Shown here: in pieces, positions 38,733 through 49,766 of the stretch | Layout: the number at the start of each line of letters is the position of its first letter | Position numbering within the stretch: position 1 is the first letter of the stretch | Source of the DNA: Candidatus Pampinifervens sinense | GTDB taxonomy: Bacteria > Aquificota > Aquificia > Aquificales > Aquificaceae | Assembly (NCBI GenBank): GCA_037927135.1 | Contig: JAXSPP010000002.1 | Location: forward strand, 32,001-96,000 | Direction of reading: 5' to 3' | Length of the DNA: 64,000 nt | Notes under the pieces: model-generated | Seen by the model: only the letters and a program-made list of their open reading frames with translations | Told to the model about the DNA's origin: nothing | Databases searched by the model: none | Made by a program: the position numbers and the translations under genes

Positions 38733-39166
38733 CAGCCTTTTGTTGAAAGGTAAGGATAAAGAAAGTCTGTGGACATATCCACAGAAGGTGTAGGCCTATC
38801 TTTGGATCTCCTCCAATACTTTCTACGCCTTCTGTATATGTCCCTAAGGTAGTCTTTGAGGACAAGGCTTGGATATTTACCTTTTGCCACCTTATGAAGA
38901 TGCCACCACCACTTTTCTATAGGCTGGCTATCATCATCTTCCATAGGCTCATCGGAACTTTCCAAAAGTTCAAGGAACCTGTGCACATTTTGAAAGAGCT
39001 TCTTATCCGCCTTTTTAACGTAGACGCTGTCCTCAAGCCCCTCCTGATGCACCTTTTCCCTAAGTTTGATTATAAGGTCGGGGTAGCCTACACCATAGTT
39101 GAACAACAATTCCACTTCCGCAAAGTAAATATAATCTGTATCAAGTTCCCTTTTAAATTCGCCCAT
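38732..39166 (-). CDS. Hypothetical protein
   Basis: ORF coupled to pheA; PIEKWWWHL motif. Confidence 0.65.
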   Translation of the reverse strand: MGEFKRELDTDYIYFAEVELLFNYGVGYPDLIIKLREKVHQEGLEDSVYVKKADKKLFQNVHRFLELLESSDEPMEDDDSQPIEKWWWHLHKVAKGKYPSLVLKDYLRDIYRRRRKYWRRSKDRPTPSVDMSTDFLYPYLSTKG

Positions 39167-39185
39167 AATAGGTAAATTATATATC

Positions 39186-40223
39186 ATGAGGAAAATCATT
39201 GTAGTGGGTAGTGGTGTTATTGGACTAAGCTGCGCCCTATACCTTGCCCTTGAAGGCTACAAAGTACAGGTCATTACAAGGAACCCGGAGGAGGCTTCAT
39301 CTTGGGTAGCTGGTGGCATGCTAGCACCCTTTTCGGAAGGTTTAGATGGAAGCCTTTTTGATTTTTCATATAAAAGCCTTAAAGCCTACCCAGAGTTTGT
39401 AAAGCTTGTAGAAGAAGCTTCGTACCGGAAAGTGGACTTTTGGGAAGGTGGCATATACAGGGTGGTGTTAAAAGGTGAAGAGGAGCTGTTGGAGAAGGCA
39501 AAGGAGTACGAAAGGAAGGGCTATGGTGTGGAGCTGGTAGAAAGGGGTGATGGGCTTTCTGAAGAGGTGCTCTGTCTGATCAACTACAGGGAGGAGGCTT
39601 GGGTGGATACGGAAAGTCTTATGGATGCTTTACTTTATGCCTTAGATAGGCTTGGTGTGGAGCTAAAGATGGATGAGATAATGAGGGTGGAGAAAGAGGA
39701 AGGGGAGGTTAGGCTTTTGAAAGGACTAAAGGAAAGCTACAGGGCGGATTTTTATCTTTTTGCCTTGGGGGCTTGGACGGGAGAGCTCTTTGACCTTCCC
39801 GTATATCCGGTAAAAGGGCAGGCACTAAAGCTAAAATCTTTAAAGCTTTCAAGGGTCTATTATTCATCGGTATCTTACCTTATACCTAGGGATGGCTACC
39901 TTTATGTGGGTGCCACATCGGAAAATGTAGGTTTCCTTTCCGGCAATACCCTTGAGGGGATAAAAAGGCTTTCGGAAGGAGCTTTAAGGGTCTGCCCTTC
40001 CCTTTCGGGGGCAAAGGTGCTTAGTATGCTGTATGGCTATAGACCTGCCACACCGGATGAAAAGCCTATCTTTGAAGTGGGTGAAAACTATATCGTAGCC
40101 TCAGGCCATTACAGAAACGGCATACTGCATGCCCCTATGACTGCAAGGATAGTTTTGGATTACATAAAGGGTAAAGGATCTAGCTTTATAGAGGAGTTTT
40201 CATCTAAGCGCTTTGGCCCTTAA
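39186..40223 (+). CDS. thiO: Glycine oxidase
   Basis: GSGVIG, ASSWVAGGML, PVKGQ, GHYRNGIL. Confidence 0.85.
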   Translation: MRKIIVVGSGVIGLSCALYLALEGYKVQVITRNPEEASSWVAGGMLAPFSEGLDGSLFDFSYKSLKAYPEFVKLVEEASYRKVDFWEGGIYRVVLKGEEELLEKAKEYERKGYGVELVERGDGLSEEVLCLINYREEAWVDTESLMDALLYALDRLGVELKMDEIMRVEKEEGEVRLLKGLKESYRADFYLFALGAWTGELFDLPVYPVKGQALKLKSLKLSRVYYSSVSYLIPRDGYLYVGATSENVGFLSGNTLEGIKRLSEGALRVCPSLSGAKVLSMLYGYRPATPDEKPIFEVGENYIVASGHYRNGILHAPMTARIVLDYIKGKGSSFIEEFSSKRFGP

Positions 40224-40747
40224 GGAGAAATACCCCACAGACCCTTTCTGTTCTCCCTTGCATACCTTTGGGCTTGCAAAAGCCTTTCCTGATACTTCAC
40301 ATTGGGTGGAACTGTGTATACTTGGGCAAAGCCCTCTTTTACAAGCACCTCATTTAGCATCCTACCATCAGGAAGCCACACATAGGCCAAAAGCCTTCCA
40401 TATCTGTCTGTCTTTTGAACATCAAACTCCAAGTAAACCTTTTCCCCTTTTGGCAAAAGCTTCTTTGTATACTCCTTTGCCATTTTACCCATCTTTATTA
40501 TCTCCTCCAAGGACCTTCCAGTCCTTTCTACATCCCTTCTTGCCTTTGGATTGTCCGAACTTTCGGGTGTATCCACACCTATAAGCCTTACTTTTACCTC
40601 CTCACCACTGGGAAGAAGGCAGTGGAAGGTATCGCCGTCTACCACATGAAGGACGGTGCAGGGTGTAGTATGCGGTGGCACATTAGCCTTTGAACATGAA
40701 ATAAGGAAAAGGAAGAGAAAAAGGAAGAAGGCTTTAAGCTTGTTCAT
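40220..40747 (-). CDS. Thermonuclease (SNase) family lipoprotein
   Basis: LISC lipobox, VVDGDT, RLIGVDTPE, DRYGRLLAY, GLW. Confidence 0.9.
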   Translation of the reverse strand: MNKLKAFFLFLFLFLISCSKANVPPHTTPCTVLHVVDGDTFHCLLPSGEEVKVRLIGVDTPESSDNPKARRDVERTGRSLEEIIKMGKMAKEYTKKLLPKGEKVYLEFDVQKTDRYGRLLAYVWLPDGRMLNEVLVKEGFAQVYTVPPNVKYQERLLQAQRYARENRKGLWGISP

Positions 40748-41442
40748 GTTCCTACATGATGTCTTCTTAGGACCTCAAGGAAGAGTGGGTTGTCGTGCTT
40801 TAGTATGTGTTCGTCTATATGTATTTTTGTTTCTGTCCTTGGCAGGTAGTGGTTTGCTGGGTTTGTACCCATATCGGGGAAGAGTACAAAGCCGTTCCTT
40901 TCCTTTATGACCCTATAGGCTTCGCTGTTTGGATCTTCTATGTCTCCAAAGAACCTTGCCTTGGCCGGACAGGTTAGCACGCAGGCGGGCTTTCTGTGCT
41001 CAGGTGGCAAAGACTCATCGTATATCCTGTCTATACAGAGGGTGCATTTCTTCATCACCTTATCAGCCTCATCAAACTCCCTACAGCCATAGGGACATGC
41101 CCAGGAGCATAGCTTACAACCTATGCAATCATCGTAGTTTACTAGGACAATACCATCCTGTTCTCTCTTGTAGCTGGCTCCTGTGGGGCACACAGGCACG
41201 CAGGGAGCATCTTGACAATGAAGGCAAGATTTGGGAAGGTGGAAAACCTGCGTGTTTGGAAACTCACCCATCTCATAGGTCATTATCCTGTTGTACCAAA
41301 CACCGTAGGGTTCCCTTCCATAGGGATCAAAGTCGGAAAGAGGGCCAAAGGCAGCTTGGGTGTTCCACTCTTTACAGTTGGTGGCGCAGGCATGACAGCC
41401 CACGCATGTATTAAGGTCTATCACAAGGGCAAACTGTGCCAT
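40744..41442 (-). CDS. soeB: 4Fe-4S subunit, SoeB-like
   Basis: CVGCHACATNCKEWN, CLHC..CVPVC, CIGCKLCSWAC, KKCTLC. Confidence 0.8.
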   Translation of the reverse strand: MAQFALVIDLNTCVGCHACATNCKEWNTQAAFGPLSDFDPYGREPYGVWYNRIMTYEMGEFPNTQVFHLPKSCLHCQDAPCVPVCPTGASYKREQDGIVLVNYDDCIGCKLCSWACPYGCREFDEADKVMKKCTLCIDRIYDESLPPEHRKPACVLTCPAKARFFGDIEDPNSEAYRVIKERNGFVLFPDMGTNPANHYLPRTETKIHIDEHILKHDNPLFLEVLRRHHVGT

Positions 41443-41456
41443 CTTTCTTCACCTCC

Positions 41457-44300
41457 TTATGGCTTATATCTCAACACTGGAACCCACCTTTCCTTTATGT
41501 AATCCAATGGCTTTACTTCAAACTGTGGATAGGTTTGTGGTGTTTGATCTTCTGCTTTGTACACCTTCACCTTTGTATCAAACCATGCCAAGTGTCCTGT
41601 AATAGGGTCGCCGTAGTATATCTCCCTTCCACCTATCTTTATACTATGGGGTATCACATGGTTCAAAAGGAAGCCTTCATTACCCTCTTCCGCCTCTGGC
41701 TTTAGACCCCATGCACCCTTCATCTTCCCTATAGCGTTCCATGTCCATACAGAGTTAGGCTCTGTGGTCTCTGTCAAAAATACCTGACATTTCACCTTTC
41801 CAACCCTTGACTCTACCCAAACCCAATCCAGGTGCTTTATGCCAAGTTTTTCTGCCGTCTTTGGATTCATGTAAAGGTAATTCCTTGTGGATATCTGCCT
41901 TAGCCATGCGTTCTGGGAGTCCCAGGAGTGATACATCCATTGAGGCCTTTGGGTAAAGGCGTAAAGGGGATATTCGTCGCCAGACACCTCTTCCTCAAAG
42001 GGTGGATACCAGAAGGGCAGAGGGTCAAAGTACTTTATGAGCCTTTCCCTCAGTATGGGGTCGTTGGGTGGCTGGTTCTTGCCTTCCCATAGGCCTTGGC
42101 CTGCAAGCCTAAAGGTCTGCAACGTCTCAAGGTAGAAGTTAAAGATTATGGGGGCCACCTTCTTCAAAAAGCCTGCGCTTACTGCCCACTCTTGGTAGTC
42201 TTTATTGACATGCCTGTAGTATCTCATGTTTTCAGGAAGCTTGTAGTAGAAAAAGCCCTTGTTCTTTATGTACATCTCCAGCTGGTTAGGATTGGGTTCT
42301 CCTACAAAGTGTTTGTCTCCGTTTTTACCACGCCATCCTGCCAGAGCTCCCACACCAGGCCTTATCTGCCAGTTTATAAGAAAGTCCTTAAAGTCCTTGT
42401 ACTTTCTTGAACCATCTGGATTTACAAAGCCTGGAAGCTTAAGCCTTGATCCGAGCTCTACCATTATATCTCCCCAACCTTTTACATCGTAGCCATTTTC
42501 TTGTGGGTTTACAATGGGATGCCTCAGAGCGTCCACAGGGCCATCCACAGAGGATGGTGGCCTGTCAAGCAAGGAGAGGGCAAACCACTGCTCAAGGTAT
42601 GTGGCATCGGGCAAAACAAGGTCGGAATAAGCTACTTGCTCACTGTAAAAGGCATCTATAGTTATGACCTTTGGGATTATGTAGTTGCCCGCTGGGTCTG
42701 TAGCAGTAAGGGCCTCTATTATGTATGGTATGTTCTGGGAGGAGTTCCAGGCCATATTGGCCATATAGATCATTAACACCTCTATACCGTAGGGGTTCTT
42801 CCGGTAGGCGGAAGGTATAACGTTTTGAATACAGCCGTGGGCTGCCAATGGGAACCACCAGCTGTAAGCATGATCTATCCTTATTGGATTGCCCTTTTCA
42901 TCCACCAAAAGGTCGTCAGGGTTTTGAGGATAGCCAAGGTGTGGCCCAGGATAAACCTCTCCATACTTTATCTCATCAGGCCTTGATATCTTATAGGGCT
43001 TTGGAAGATCCTCAATATGCTTTGGATAGGGTGGCTTGTTTAAAAAGCCTCCTGGCACATCTACCACTCCCAGCATCATCATAAGGAGGAAGATGGCCCT
43101 AGCTGTCTGAAAGCCGTTGCTATGGGAGGCCACACCTCTCATCACATGGAAGGACACAGGCCTTCCTATAACCTTTTTATGCTTTCTTCCCCAAACATCT
43201 ACCCACTCTATGGGAAGCTCTATAGGATGATAAAGAGCTATAGTTCCTATCTCCTTGGCTATTCTCTCTATGTCCTTGGCAGGTATACCGGTGATCTTTT
43301 CCACCTTTTCTGGGCTGTAATCCTTTACAAGCCTTTCTGCAAAGATGTCAAAGGCAGGCCTCACCTTATAACCCTCTGGCGTGGTAAACTCACCTATAAA
43401 GGCAGGGTCTAAGTCCTCCGGCACTATCCTGTCCGCAGGCTTGAAAGACTGAGACTTTTTGTCAAAGACCATAGGCTTTCCTTCTTCATTTCTGTAGAAG
43501 AGCCCATCCTTCGGTGTGCCAGGGGCTTGTATGACAAGCCAAGGTGCATTGGTAAACTCCTTGAGAAACTCCCAGTTTACCAGGTTGTACTTAAAGAGCA
43601 CGTGCATAATGCCCATGAAGAAGGCACCATCTGTGCCAGGCTTTATAGGCACCCACTCGTCCGCTATAGCCCCATAGCCCCACCTTACAGGGTTTACCAC
43701 CACAAACTTTCCACCCTTCCTTTTCATCTCCTGAATGCCAAGCTTGAAGGGATTGGAAGAGTGGTCTTCGGCTACGCCTATTAGCATAAAATACTTGGTG
43801 TTTTCAAAGTCCGCCTCTCCAAACTCCCAGAAGGAGCCACCAATAGAGTATAGACCAGCTGCCGCAATGTTAACAGAACAAAAACCACCATGAGCTGCCC
43901 AGTTTACCGTGCCAAGTTGGGAAGCAAACCAGCTGTTTATCTGTTGCATCTGATCTCTTCCTGTGAAAAAGGCTATCTTGTAAGGTCCCTTCTTTCTGGC
44001 TTCTTCTAGCCACTGGGTGGCTATCTCAAGCGCCTCCTCCCACTCTATCTCCTTGAACTGTCCAGAGCCTCTTGGCCCAACTCTCAAGAGTGGCTTTCTT
44101 AGCCTTGCAGGGCTGTACTCCTTCATTATGCCAGAGGATCCCTTAGCGCAGAGAACACCCCTGTTGGTAGGATGGTCATCGTTTCCCTTAATGTATACAA
44201 CCTTGTTATTCCTCACATAGACCTCTATTCCACACCTGCAGGCACACATATAACATGTGCTATAGGCCTTCCTATCGTAAAAGCTTCCACCTATCTCCAT
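41457..44300 (-). CDS. soeA: Cytoplasmic molybdopterin oxidoreductase, SoeA-like sulfite dehydrogenase
   Basis: TCYMCACRCGI, FTGRDQ, AAHGGFCSVN, AEDHSSNP; no Tat signal. Confidence 0.82.
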   Translation of the reverse strand: MEIGGSFYDRKAYSTCYMCACRCGIEVYVRNNKVVYIKGNDDHPTNRGVLCAKGSSGIMKEYSPARLRKPLLRVGPRGSGQFKEIEWEEALEIATQWLEEARKKGPYKIAFFTGRDQMQQINSWFASQLGTVNWAAHGGFCSVNIAAAGLYSIGGSFWEFGEADFENTKYFMLIGVAEDHSSNPFKLGIQEMKRKGGKFVVVNPVRWGYGAIADEWVPIKPGTDGAFFMGIMHVLFKYNLVNWEFLKEFTNAPWLVIQAPGTPKDGLFYRNEEGKPMVFDKKSQSFKPADRIVPEDLDPAFIGEFTTPEGYKVRPAFDIFAERLVKDYSPEKVEKITGIPAKDIERIAKEIGTIALYHPIELPIEWVDVWGRKHKKVIGRPVSFHVMRGVASHSNGFQTARAIFLLMMMLGVVDVPGGFLNKPPYPKHIEDLPKPYKISRPDEIKYGEVYPGPHLGYPQNPDDLLVDEKGNPIRIDHAYSWWFPLAAHGCIQNVIPSAYRKNPYGIEVLMIYMANMAWNSSQNIPYIIEALTATDPAGNYIIPKVITIDAFYSEQVAYSDLVLPDATYLEQWFALSLLDRPPSSVDGPVDALRHPIVNPQENGYDVKGWGDIMVELGSRLKLPGFVNPDGSRKYKDFKDFLINWQIRPGVGALAGWRGKNGDKHFVGEPNPNQLEMYIKNKGFFYYKLPENMRYYRHVNKDYQEWAVSAGFLKKVAPIIFNFYLETLQTFRLAGQGLWEGKNQPPNDPILRERLIKYFDPLPFWYPPFEEEVSGDEYPLYAFTQRPQWMYHSWDSQNAWLRQISTRNYLYMNPKTAEKLGIKHLDWVWVESRVGKVKCQVFLTETTEPNSVWTWNAIGKMKGAWGLKPEAEEGNEGFLLNHVIPHSIKIGGREIYYGDPITGHLAWFDTKVKVYKAEDQTPQTYPQFEVKPLDYIKERWVPVLRYKP

Positions 44301-44391
44301 AGCCAACCTCCTGTGATTATTAAATTATGCCCTCACCTCTCTCCTCTTACTTTCAACTTTTTTATGTCATTATAAACAAAACTTATAGATT

Positions 44392-44994
44392 TTATAAAGC
44401 CCTCTTATGACTATAGCTCACACCCTTGGCTATCCTAAGGAAGTTTTCCAAAAGCCTTAGCCCCTCTTCAGAAAGTATGGACTCTGGATGAAACTGCACT
44501 CCAAAGACAGGATACTCCACATGCTCCACACCCATAATTTCCCCATCTTCAGACCATGCTGTTATCTTCAAAACCTCTGGCAAGCTTTCCCTATCTATCA
44601 CCAAGGAATGATACCTTACGGCCATAAAGGGATTTTTAAGCCCTTCAAAGATACCCTCGCCAGTGTGGGATATCTGAGAAGTCTTCCCATGCATAAGCCT
44701 TTTTGCTCTCACTATCTTGGCTCCAAAGGCATAGCCTATAGACTGGTGGCCAAGGCACACACCCAGTATGGGTATCTCTCTGTAAAACCTCTTTATAACA
44801 TCTACCGATATGCCAGCCTCCTTTGGTGTGCAAGGCCCGGGAGATATGACTATGGCATCTGGTTTTGCTCTTTCTATGTCCTCAAGGCTTATCTCATCAT
44901 TCCTGCGAACGGCCACCTCTGCGGAAAGCATCTGAAGATAATGCACAAGGTTGTAAGTGAAAGAATCGTAGTTATCTATCATCAAAACTCTCAT
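44392..44994 (-). CDS. trpG: Anthranilate/PABA synthase glutamine amidotransferase
   Basis: [28 protein letters not shown]. Confidence 0.9.
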   Translation of the reverse strand: MRVLMIDNYDSFTYNLVHYLQMLSAEVAVRRNDEISLEDIERAKPDAIVISPGPCTPKEAGISVDVIKRFYREIPILGVCLGHQSIGYAFGAKIVRAKRLMHGKTSQISHTGEGIFEGLKNPFMAVRYHSLVIDRESLPEVLKITAWSEDGEIMGVEHVEYPVFGVQFHPESILSEEGLRLLENFLRIAKGVSYSHKRAL

Positions 44995-45016
44995 AGGGAT
45001 TAAAATATAACTTTCA

Positions 45017-45985
45017 ATGGTGTATAGGTCAATCTTCTATGGCTTGATATTGACCGTTTTACTGGTGCTAGGTTCCATACTCTACATTGTGAAAAAAACC
45101 TTCAATAAAGACCTTCTGGGAATACTTTTTCATGCGGACAAGAGATATCTACTGATGTCATTTTTCTGTATGCTTTTATACCATACCTTTGATAATCTCA
45201 GGCTTTTTGTGCTTTCTAGAGCCATGAATTTAAGATACTCCTTCCTTTACGGCTATGTAATTTCTTTCATAAACACCTTTGGCGCTACCATAACTCCAGC
45301 CCATATGGGTGGAGAATTCATGTCCATATACACCCTTTCCAGAAAAGGTGGAAAGCTTCATAAAGTGATGAGCATAGTTACCATGAAGACATTGACAGGT
45401 TTGATTTTCTTCATCATAGCCCTTCCATACGTTATGATGTACTTCTACAAACATCCCAAGCAATCTTTAAAGATTCTAGGCTTATTGCTGTTCTTTCTTA
45501 TACTCTTTTCCTTCATATACTCCATCCTAAAGATACTTTCAAAAAGAAGTCTTGAGGGAAATCAAAAGATTATCCAAAAAATAAAATACACCTTCAAAAG
45601 GTACATTGTGGTATCAAGGATATTCTTAAGGGATAAAAAACTAAGCATACTTTTAGCATCCATAAGTAGTATCCTTCTCTACCTTTCCTTTTTATCCTCC
45701 GGTGCCTTCTTGGTCAAAAGCTTCAGTCCAGAACACAATTTTTTCACCTTAATAGAACACCAAATTATGCTACTTTATGCCATATTCATAAGTCCTACAC
45801 CGGGTGGTAGCGGGGTAGGAGAAGTGGGTGCCTTGTATGTCTTTGATGCCTTTCTTGAGATGAGCTTGCTTGGTGGCTTTTCCATACTTTGGAGGTTTAT
45901 AACCCAGTATATGAGTGCCCTTTTAGGGGGTATGTTCCTGCTTTTCCTTATTATAAAAGACTCAAGAAGATTGATCCATGTTTGA
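45017..45985 (+). CDS. Lysylphosphatidylglycerol-synthase TM (flippase-like) protein
   Basis: [23 protein letters not shown]. Confidence 0.8.
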   Translation: MVYRSIFYGLILTVLLVLGSILYIVKKTFNKDLLGILFHADKRYLLMSFFCMLLYHTFDNLRLFVLSRAMNLRYSFLYGYVISFINTFGATITPAHMGGEFMSIYTLSRKGGKLHKVMSIVTMKTLTGLIFFIIALPYVMMYFYKHPKQSLKILGLLLFFLILFSFIYSILKILSKRSLEGNQKIIQKIKYTFKRYIVVSRIFLRDKKLSILLASISSILLYLSFLSSGAFLVKSFSPEHNFFTLIEHQIMLLYAIFISPTPGGSGVGEVGALYVFDAFLEMSLLGGFSILWRFITQYMSALLGGMFLLFLIIKDSRRLIHV

Positions 45986-46913
45986 CCTAATAAACCCTTA
46001 TGCCTATGGGGTAAGAATAAGAAACTGGCTTTATGACAAAAACTTCATAAAACCGTGTAAGCTTCCTGTGCCTGTTTTGTCTGTTGGCAATCTTTCCCTT
46101 GGTGGTTCTGGCAAAAGTTCATTGGTAAGATACATGGGAGAGCTTTTAAAAGACCTTCATGTATGCATACTCTCAAGGGGCTATGGAAGAAGGACAAGGG
46201 GGACCCTTTTGGTATCCGAAAGGGGAAGGCTTTTAGTAAGCTGGGAAGAGGCTGGGGATGAGCCTTATATGTTGGCAAAGTTTTTGCCTTGGGCGAGCGT
46301 GGTGGTGGACGAGAGCCGATGCAGGGGAGCCTTCTTTGCCCTTGAAAGGCTAAAGCCAGACCTGTTTATACTTGACGACGGCTTTCAACACAGGAGAATA
46401 CATAGAGACTTAAATATATTGCTTCTCAAAAAAAAGGACCTCTCAGACAGGCTTTTTCCCTTTGGAAGGCTAAGGGAGCCTTTAAGTGGTATGGAAAGGG
46501 CTGACGTAATAGTGTTGTCTTATGCAGATATTGAAGATTTTGACTGGAGGCATCCTACAAAGCCTACCTTTAAGATGGTAAGGGAAAACTGGAGAGTGGT
46601 AAGGAGTTTGGACGGAAAAGTCTTTGAAAATTTTGAGGGAATAAACTTTGTAGCCTTTGCTGGGCTTGGAGACAATAGCCAGTTTTTCAAAAGCCTTGAA
46701 AGGCTTGGAATAAAAACAAAAGAAAAGATTAGCCTTCCAGACCACTACTCTTACAAAGATTTTAAGTTAAAAGAGGATGAATTTTACATAACCACTTTAA
46801 AGGATGCCATAAAGCTAAAGCCTTCAGAAAACCTTTTTTACCTTGATTTTGATGTAAAGGTGGATGGTTTGGAAGAAATACTTCATGTAATCTTCACGAA
46901 AGGCTATTTATAG
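45978..46913 (+). CDS. lpxK: Tetraacyldisaccharide 4'-kinase
   Basis: SVGNLSLGGSGKS, SRGYG, GDEP, DDGFQH, GRLREP, PDH. Confidence 0.93.
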   Translation: MFDLINPYAYGVRIRNWLYDKNFIKPCKLPVPVLSVGNLSLGGSGKSSLVRYMGELLKDLHVCILSRGYGRRTRGTLLVSERGRLLVSWEEAGDEPYMLAKFLPWASVVVDESRCRGAFFALERLKPDLFILDDGFQHRRIHRDLNILLLKKKDLSDRLFPFGRLREPLSGMERADVIVLSYADIEDFDWRHPTKPTFKMVRENWRVVRSLDGKVFENFEGINFVAFAGLGDNSQFFKSLERLGIKTKEKISLPDHYSYKDFKLKEDEFYITTLKDAIKLKPSENLFYLDFDVKVDGLEEILHVIFTKGYL

Positions 46914-46959
46914 CTAAGTTATAATACACTCTTATGAGTACTTCTATGGAGGTTTACCA

Positions 46960-47451
46960 ATGAATAAGGTTAAAATTCTTACATACCTACTTTTTATCTT
47001 TTTGGTATCTTGTTCTAGCGTGGTAAGTACCAAAAGGGTTGATATGCCTAAGGATGCCTCTTACGTAGTTTTGCCCTTTGAGAACAACACAGAAACTCCT
47101 TTAGCAGGTCTTAGGGTGGCATCAATAGCCGAAGGTGTAGCCCTCTCTAAAGGCTACAAGGTGCTATCAAGAGTATACAGAGAAACAAAGGAGTATACTC
47201 ACACAGACATAGAAAATATGATAAGGGAACTTAAGGAAAGGGGTGATGTGGATTATGTAATAACGGGTAGCGTTAATGAGTTTAGGTATAAGACGGGGAT
47301 AGATGGGGAACCTGCAGTAAGCATAACGTTAAAGATATACAGCCTAAGGGAAGATAGGGTTGTTTTGATAAACACCGGTTCAAGGACAGGCTGGGCTCAT
47401 GAATCGGTCTCCACAGTAGCACAAAAATTGCTTATGGTCCTCTTTCCATAG
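46960..47451 (+). CDS. pelC: Pel export lipoprotein
   Basis: LVSC lipobox, PFENNTETP.AG, EFRYKTGIDGEPAV. Confidence 0.9.
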   Translation: MNKVKILTYLLFIFLVSCSSVVSTKRVDMPKDASYVVLPFENNTETPLAGLRVASIAEGVALSKGYKVLSRVYRETKEYTHTDIENMIRELKERGDVDYVITGSVNEFRYKTGIDGEPAVSITLKIYSLREDRVVLINTGSRTGWAHESVSTVAQKLLMVLFP

Positions 47452-47455
47452 GGCT

Positions 47456-48775
47456 ATGCGAAAAAAGAAAAGCGTATTTAGAGGAGTATTCTTTGGCCAT
47501 TGGTATTTTCTTCCGGAAGGTATATCTACAAAGATCATTTTGGCCGAGATAATATTTGTAGTTTTTGGTATGTATTTCTTAGGTTTTTATCTAAACAAGG
47601 AGGACCCTCTTTTCCTTAACTCAAAGCTTAACTTTTTATACAACCTTTTACCCATAGCACTCATAACCTTGTTTTATGGTATATTTGCAGGGCTTGTTTA
47701 TTTTGCCTTGTTTACCAGCCTTGCATATTTTACATACAAAACCATAGACCATATATATTTTTTATCACTTTTCCTCTTCCTACTTGTCTTTTCCGAGTTC
47801 TGGTTTTACTGGAAAGGAAAACTAAAAGAGGCGGAGATAGAATACAACTACATAGCACAAAGATTAAAGGATTTGACCGCAAGCTTTGCTTTGCTTAAGC
47901 TTTCTCATGAGCAGTTGGAAAGGTCTTATATTACAAAGCCGATAAGCCTTAAGCAGATAATATTAAATATAAGGCACATTATAGCCAGAGAGGGAGATAT
48001 ATACATGGCCTTAAGGAAAGTCTTTGATTTAATTCTTGTAAATTATGACGTGGAAGAAGCTATCCTAATTGAAAAATATTCCAACGGCAGATATAAAGTT
48101 ATAGCTAATACAAGCAACATTAATGATGTGGACTTAGAAGACCCACTTATAAGGACGGCCATAGAGAACCAAAGAATAGCATACGTTTCGGACCTAAAAG
48201 AATCCGAGATAACAAAATACTTAGCTGTAATTCCTATAAACATAAACGATGAATTCTTCTATATTTTTGTCCTAAAAAGAATGCCTTTTATGAAGCTAAA
48301 CGTTGAAAATCTCATTACTATAAATCTACTACTTTATTACGTTGCCTTAGAGAGGCTTGAAGAGGCAATAGCCTTTCAGAGTAGCCTATTAAATAAGTTT
48401 GACATCAGCTTCTTGAAAGAGGTTTATAGGCTTATAAAGCTTAATAAAGAATTTGGAATAGAATCACATATAGTTTTATTCTGCCCAAAGGTTTACGAGT
48501 ATGAAAAGTTTGAAATTTTGGAGGATGTATTACAAGAAAACATAAGAGGTATAGACATGATGGAGGTGATTTATTTGGATGGAATGAAGGTCATTGCTGT
48601 GCTTTTGCCTTTCACAGATAGGTTCGGTGCGGAAATGTTTGTTAAAAGGATAGGTAGCTTAATAGTGGAAGAGTTGTCCTATGAGTTTTTAAAGGAAGAG
48701 CTATCAATTAGCATATACCATGTTAAACAGGTTGAAGATATAACCTTTTGCCATGGAACCAAGCAGGCTGTATAA
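47456..48775 (+). CDS. pelD: Pel c-di-GMP receptor
   Basis: TM region, LKLSHEQLE, GAF-like region, RGID (RxxD) I-site, LLPFT. Confidence 0.8.
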   Translation: MRKKKSVFRGVFFGHWYFLPEGISTKIILAEIIFVVFGMYFLGFYLNKEDPLFLNSKLNFLYNLLPIALITLFYGIFAGLVYFALFTSLAYFTYKTIDHIYFLSLFLFLLVFSEFWFYWKGKLKEAEIEYNYIAQRLKDLTASFALLKLSHEQLERSYITKPISLKQIILNIRHIIAREGDIYMALRKVFDLILVNYDVEEAILIEKYSNGRYKVIANTSNINDVDLEDPLIRTAIENQRIAYVSDLKESEITKYLAVIPININDEFFYIFVLKRMPFMKLNVENLITINLLLYYVALERLEEAIAFQSSLLNKFDISFLKEVYRLIKLNKEFGIESHIVLFCPKVYEYEKFEILEDVLQENIRGIDMMEVIYLDGMKVIAVLLPFTDRFGAEMFVKRIGSLIVEELSYEFLKEELSISIYHVKQVEDITFCHGTKQAV

Positions 48776-49766
48776 ATCCATTCTATTGGAACTTCTAAGC
48801 TTTGCACTTTTTATAAATTTAAACATATACACTTTAGTTCCATTCTTGACCTTACATGGCTTGGCCCTGTTTATTATTACAAGTTTCCTGACTTCCCTTA
48901 TACCGAAAAGGTTTAAAGACCGCAGAAAGGCTACTTTTGTATTCTTTATAATATTTTATCCCACTCTTTACTTAGGATACATCTTTCTGTTAGTAGCAGT
49001 ATTTTATCTACTTAGGAAGCAAAAAATAGATGTCTATCAGCCACCAAGAATACCCACCTTGGAAGAAATCATAACGGAAGATATAAAGTTTTCTGGAAGA
49101 AAGATAGGTGAAGCGGCCTTAGCTGTTATTCAAAGTCTTGAAAGTAAGATAAGTCCTTCAAGGCTTGAGACTATACTTTCCTACCTTCTCAACCTTGAGT
49201 CTTCTCAAATCATACCAGCTTTAAAGAAGGCCTTGGCCTATTCCGAAGACACCATCAGACTCTATGCCTTTGGTGCCATAAGCAGGATAGAAAAAAACCT
49301 TAACCAAACCTTACATGCTTTAAGAGAAAGGCTAAGTCAAGAAAGGCTACCGCCAGAGGAAAGGGCCTATCTCTACTATCAAATAGCCCTAATATACTAT
49401 ACCTTTGTACATTATAAGTTGGCAGATGCCGAGTTTAGAGAATACATGCTAAAAGAAGCCCTGGAGAACGTTAAAAAATCCTTAGAAATGAAAAACACGC
49501 CAGAGGCAAAACTTCTATTGGCCAAGATACACATAGAGATGAAGCAGTTTGATGAAGCCCTAATCCATCTGGAAAGTTTGATGGAGAGTAAGGAGTTAAA
49601 TCCTGTGAGCTACCTTATGCAACTTGCAGAAGTGTATTATGAAAGGGGGGATTATAAAATGGTAAAAAGGTTAATAAGGGAACACCCAGAAATAGAGCTT
49701 TTGCTTGATGTAGATACTAACTTTGTAATAAGGTTTTGGAGAGGGGAAAATGGTAATCTTGGATAA
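48753..49766 (+). CDS. pelE: Pel TPR inner-membrane protein
   Basis: Two TM helices, IRLYAF, TPR-like C-terminus, position between pelD and pelF. Confidence 0.75.
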   Translation: MEPSRLYKSILLELLSFALFINLNIYTLVPFLTLHGLALFIITSFLTSLIPKRFKDRRKATFVFFIIFYPTLYLGYIFLLVAVFYLLRKQKIDVYQPPRIPTLEEIITEDIKFSGRKIGEAALAVIQSLESKISPSRLETILSYLLNLESSQIIPALKKALAYSEDTIRLYAFGAISRIEKNLNQTLHALRERLSQERLPPEERAYLYYQIALIYYTFVHYKLADAEFREYMLKEALENVKKSLEMKNTPEAKLLLAKIHIEMKQFDEALIHLESLMESKELNPVSYLMQLAEVYYERGDYKMVKRLIREHPEIELLLDVDTNFVIRFWRGENGNLG

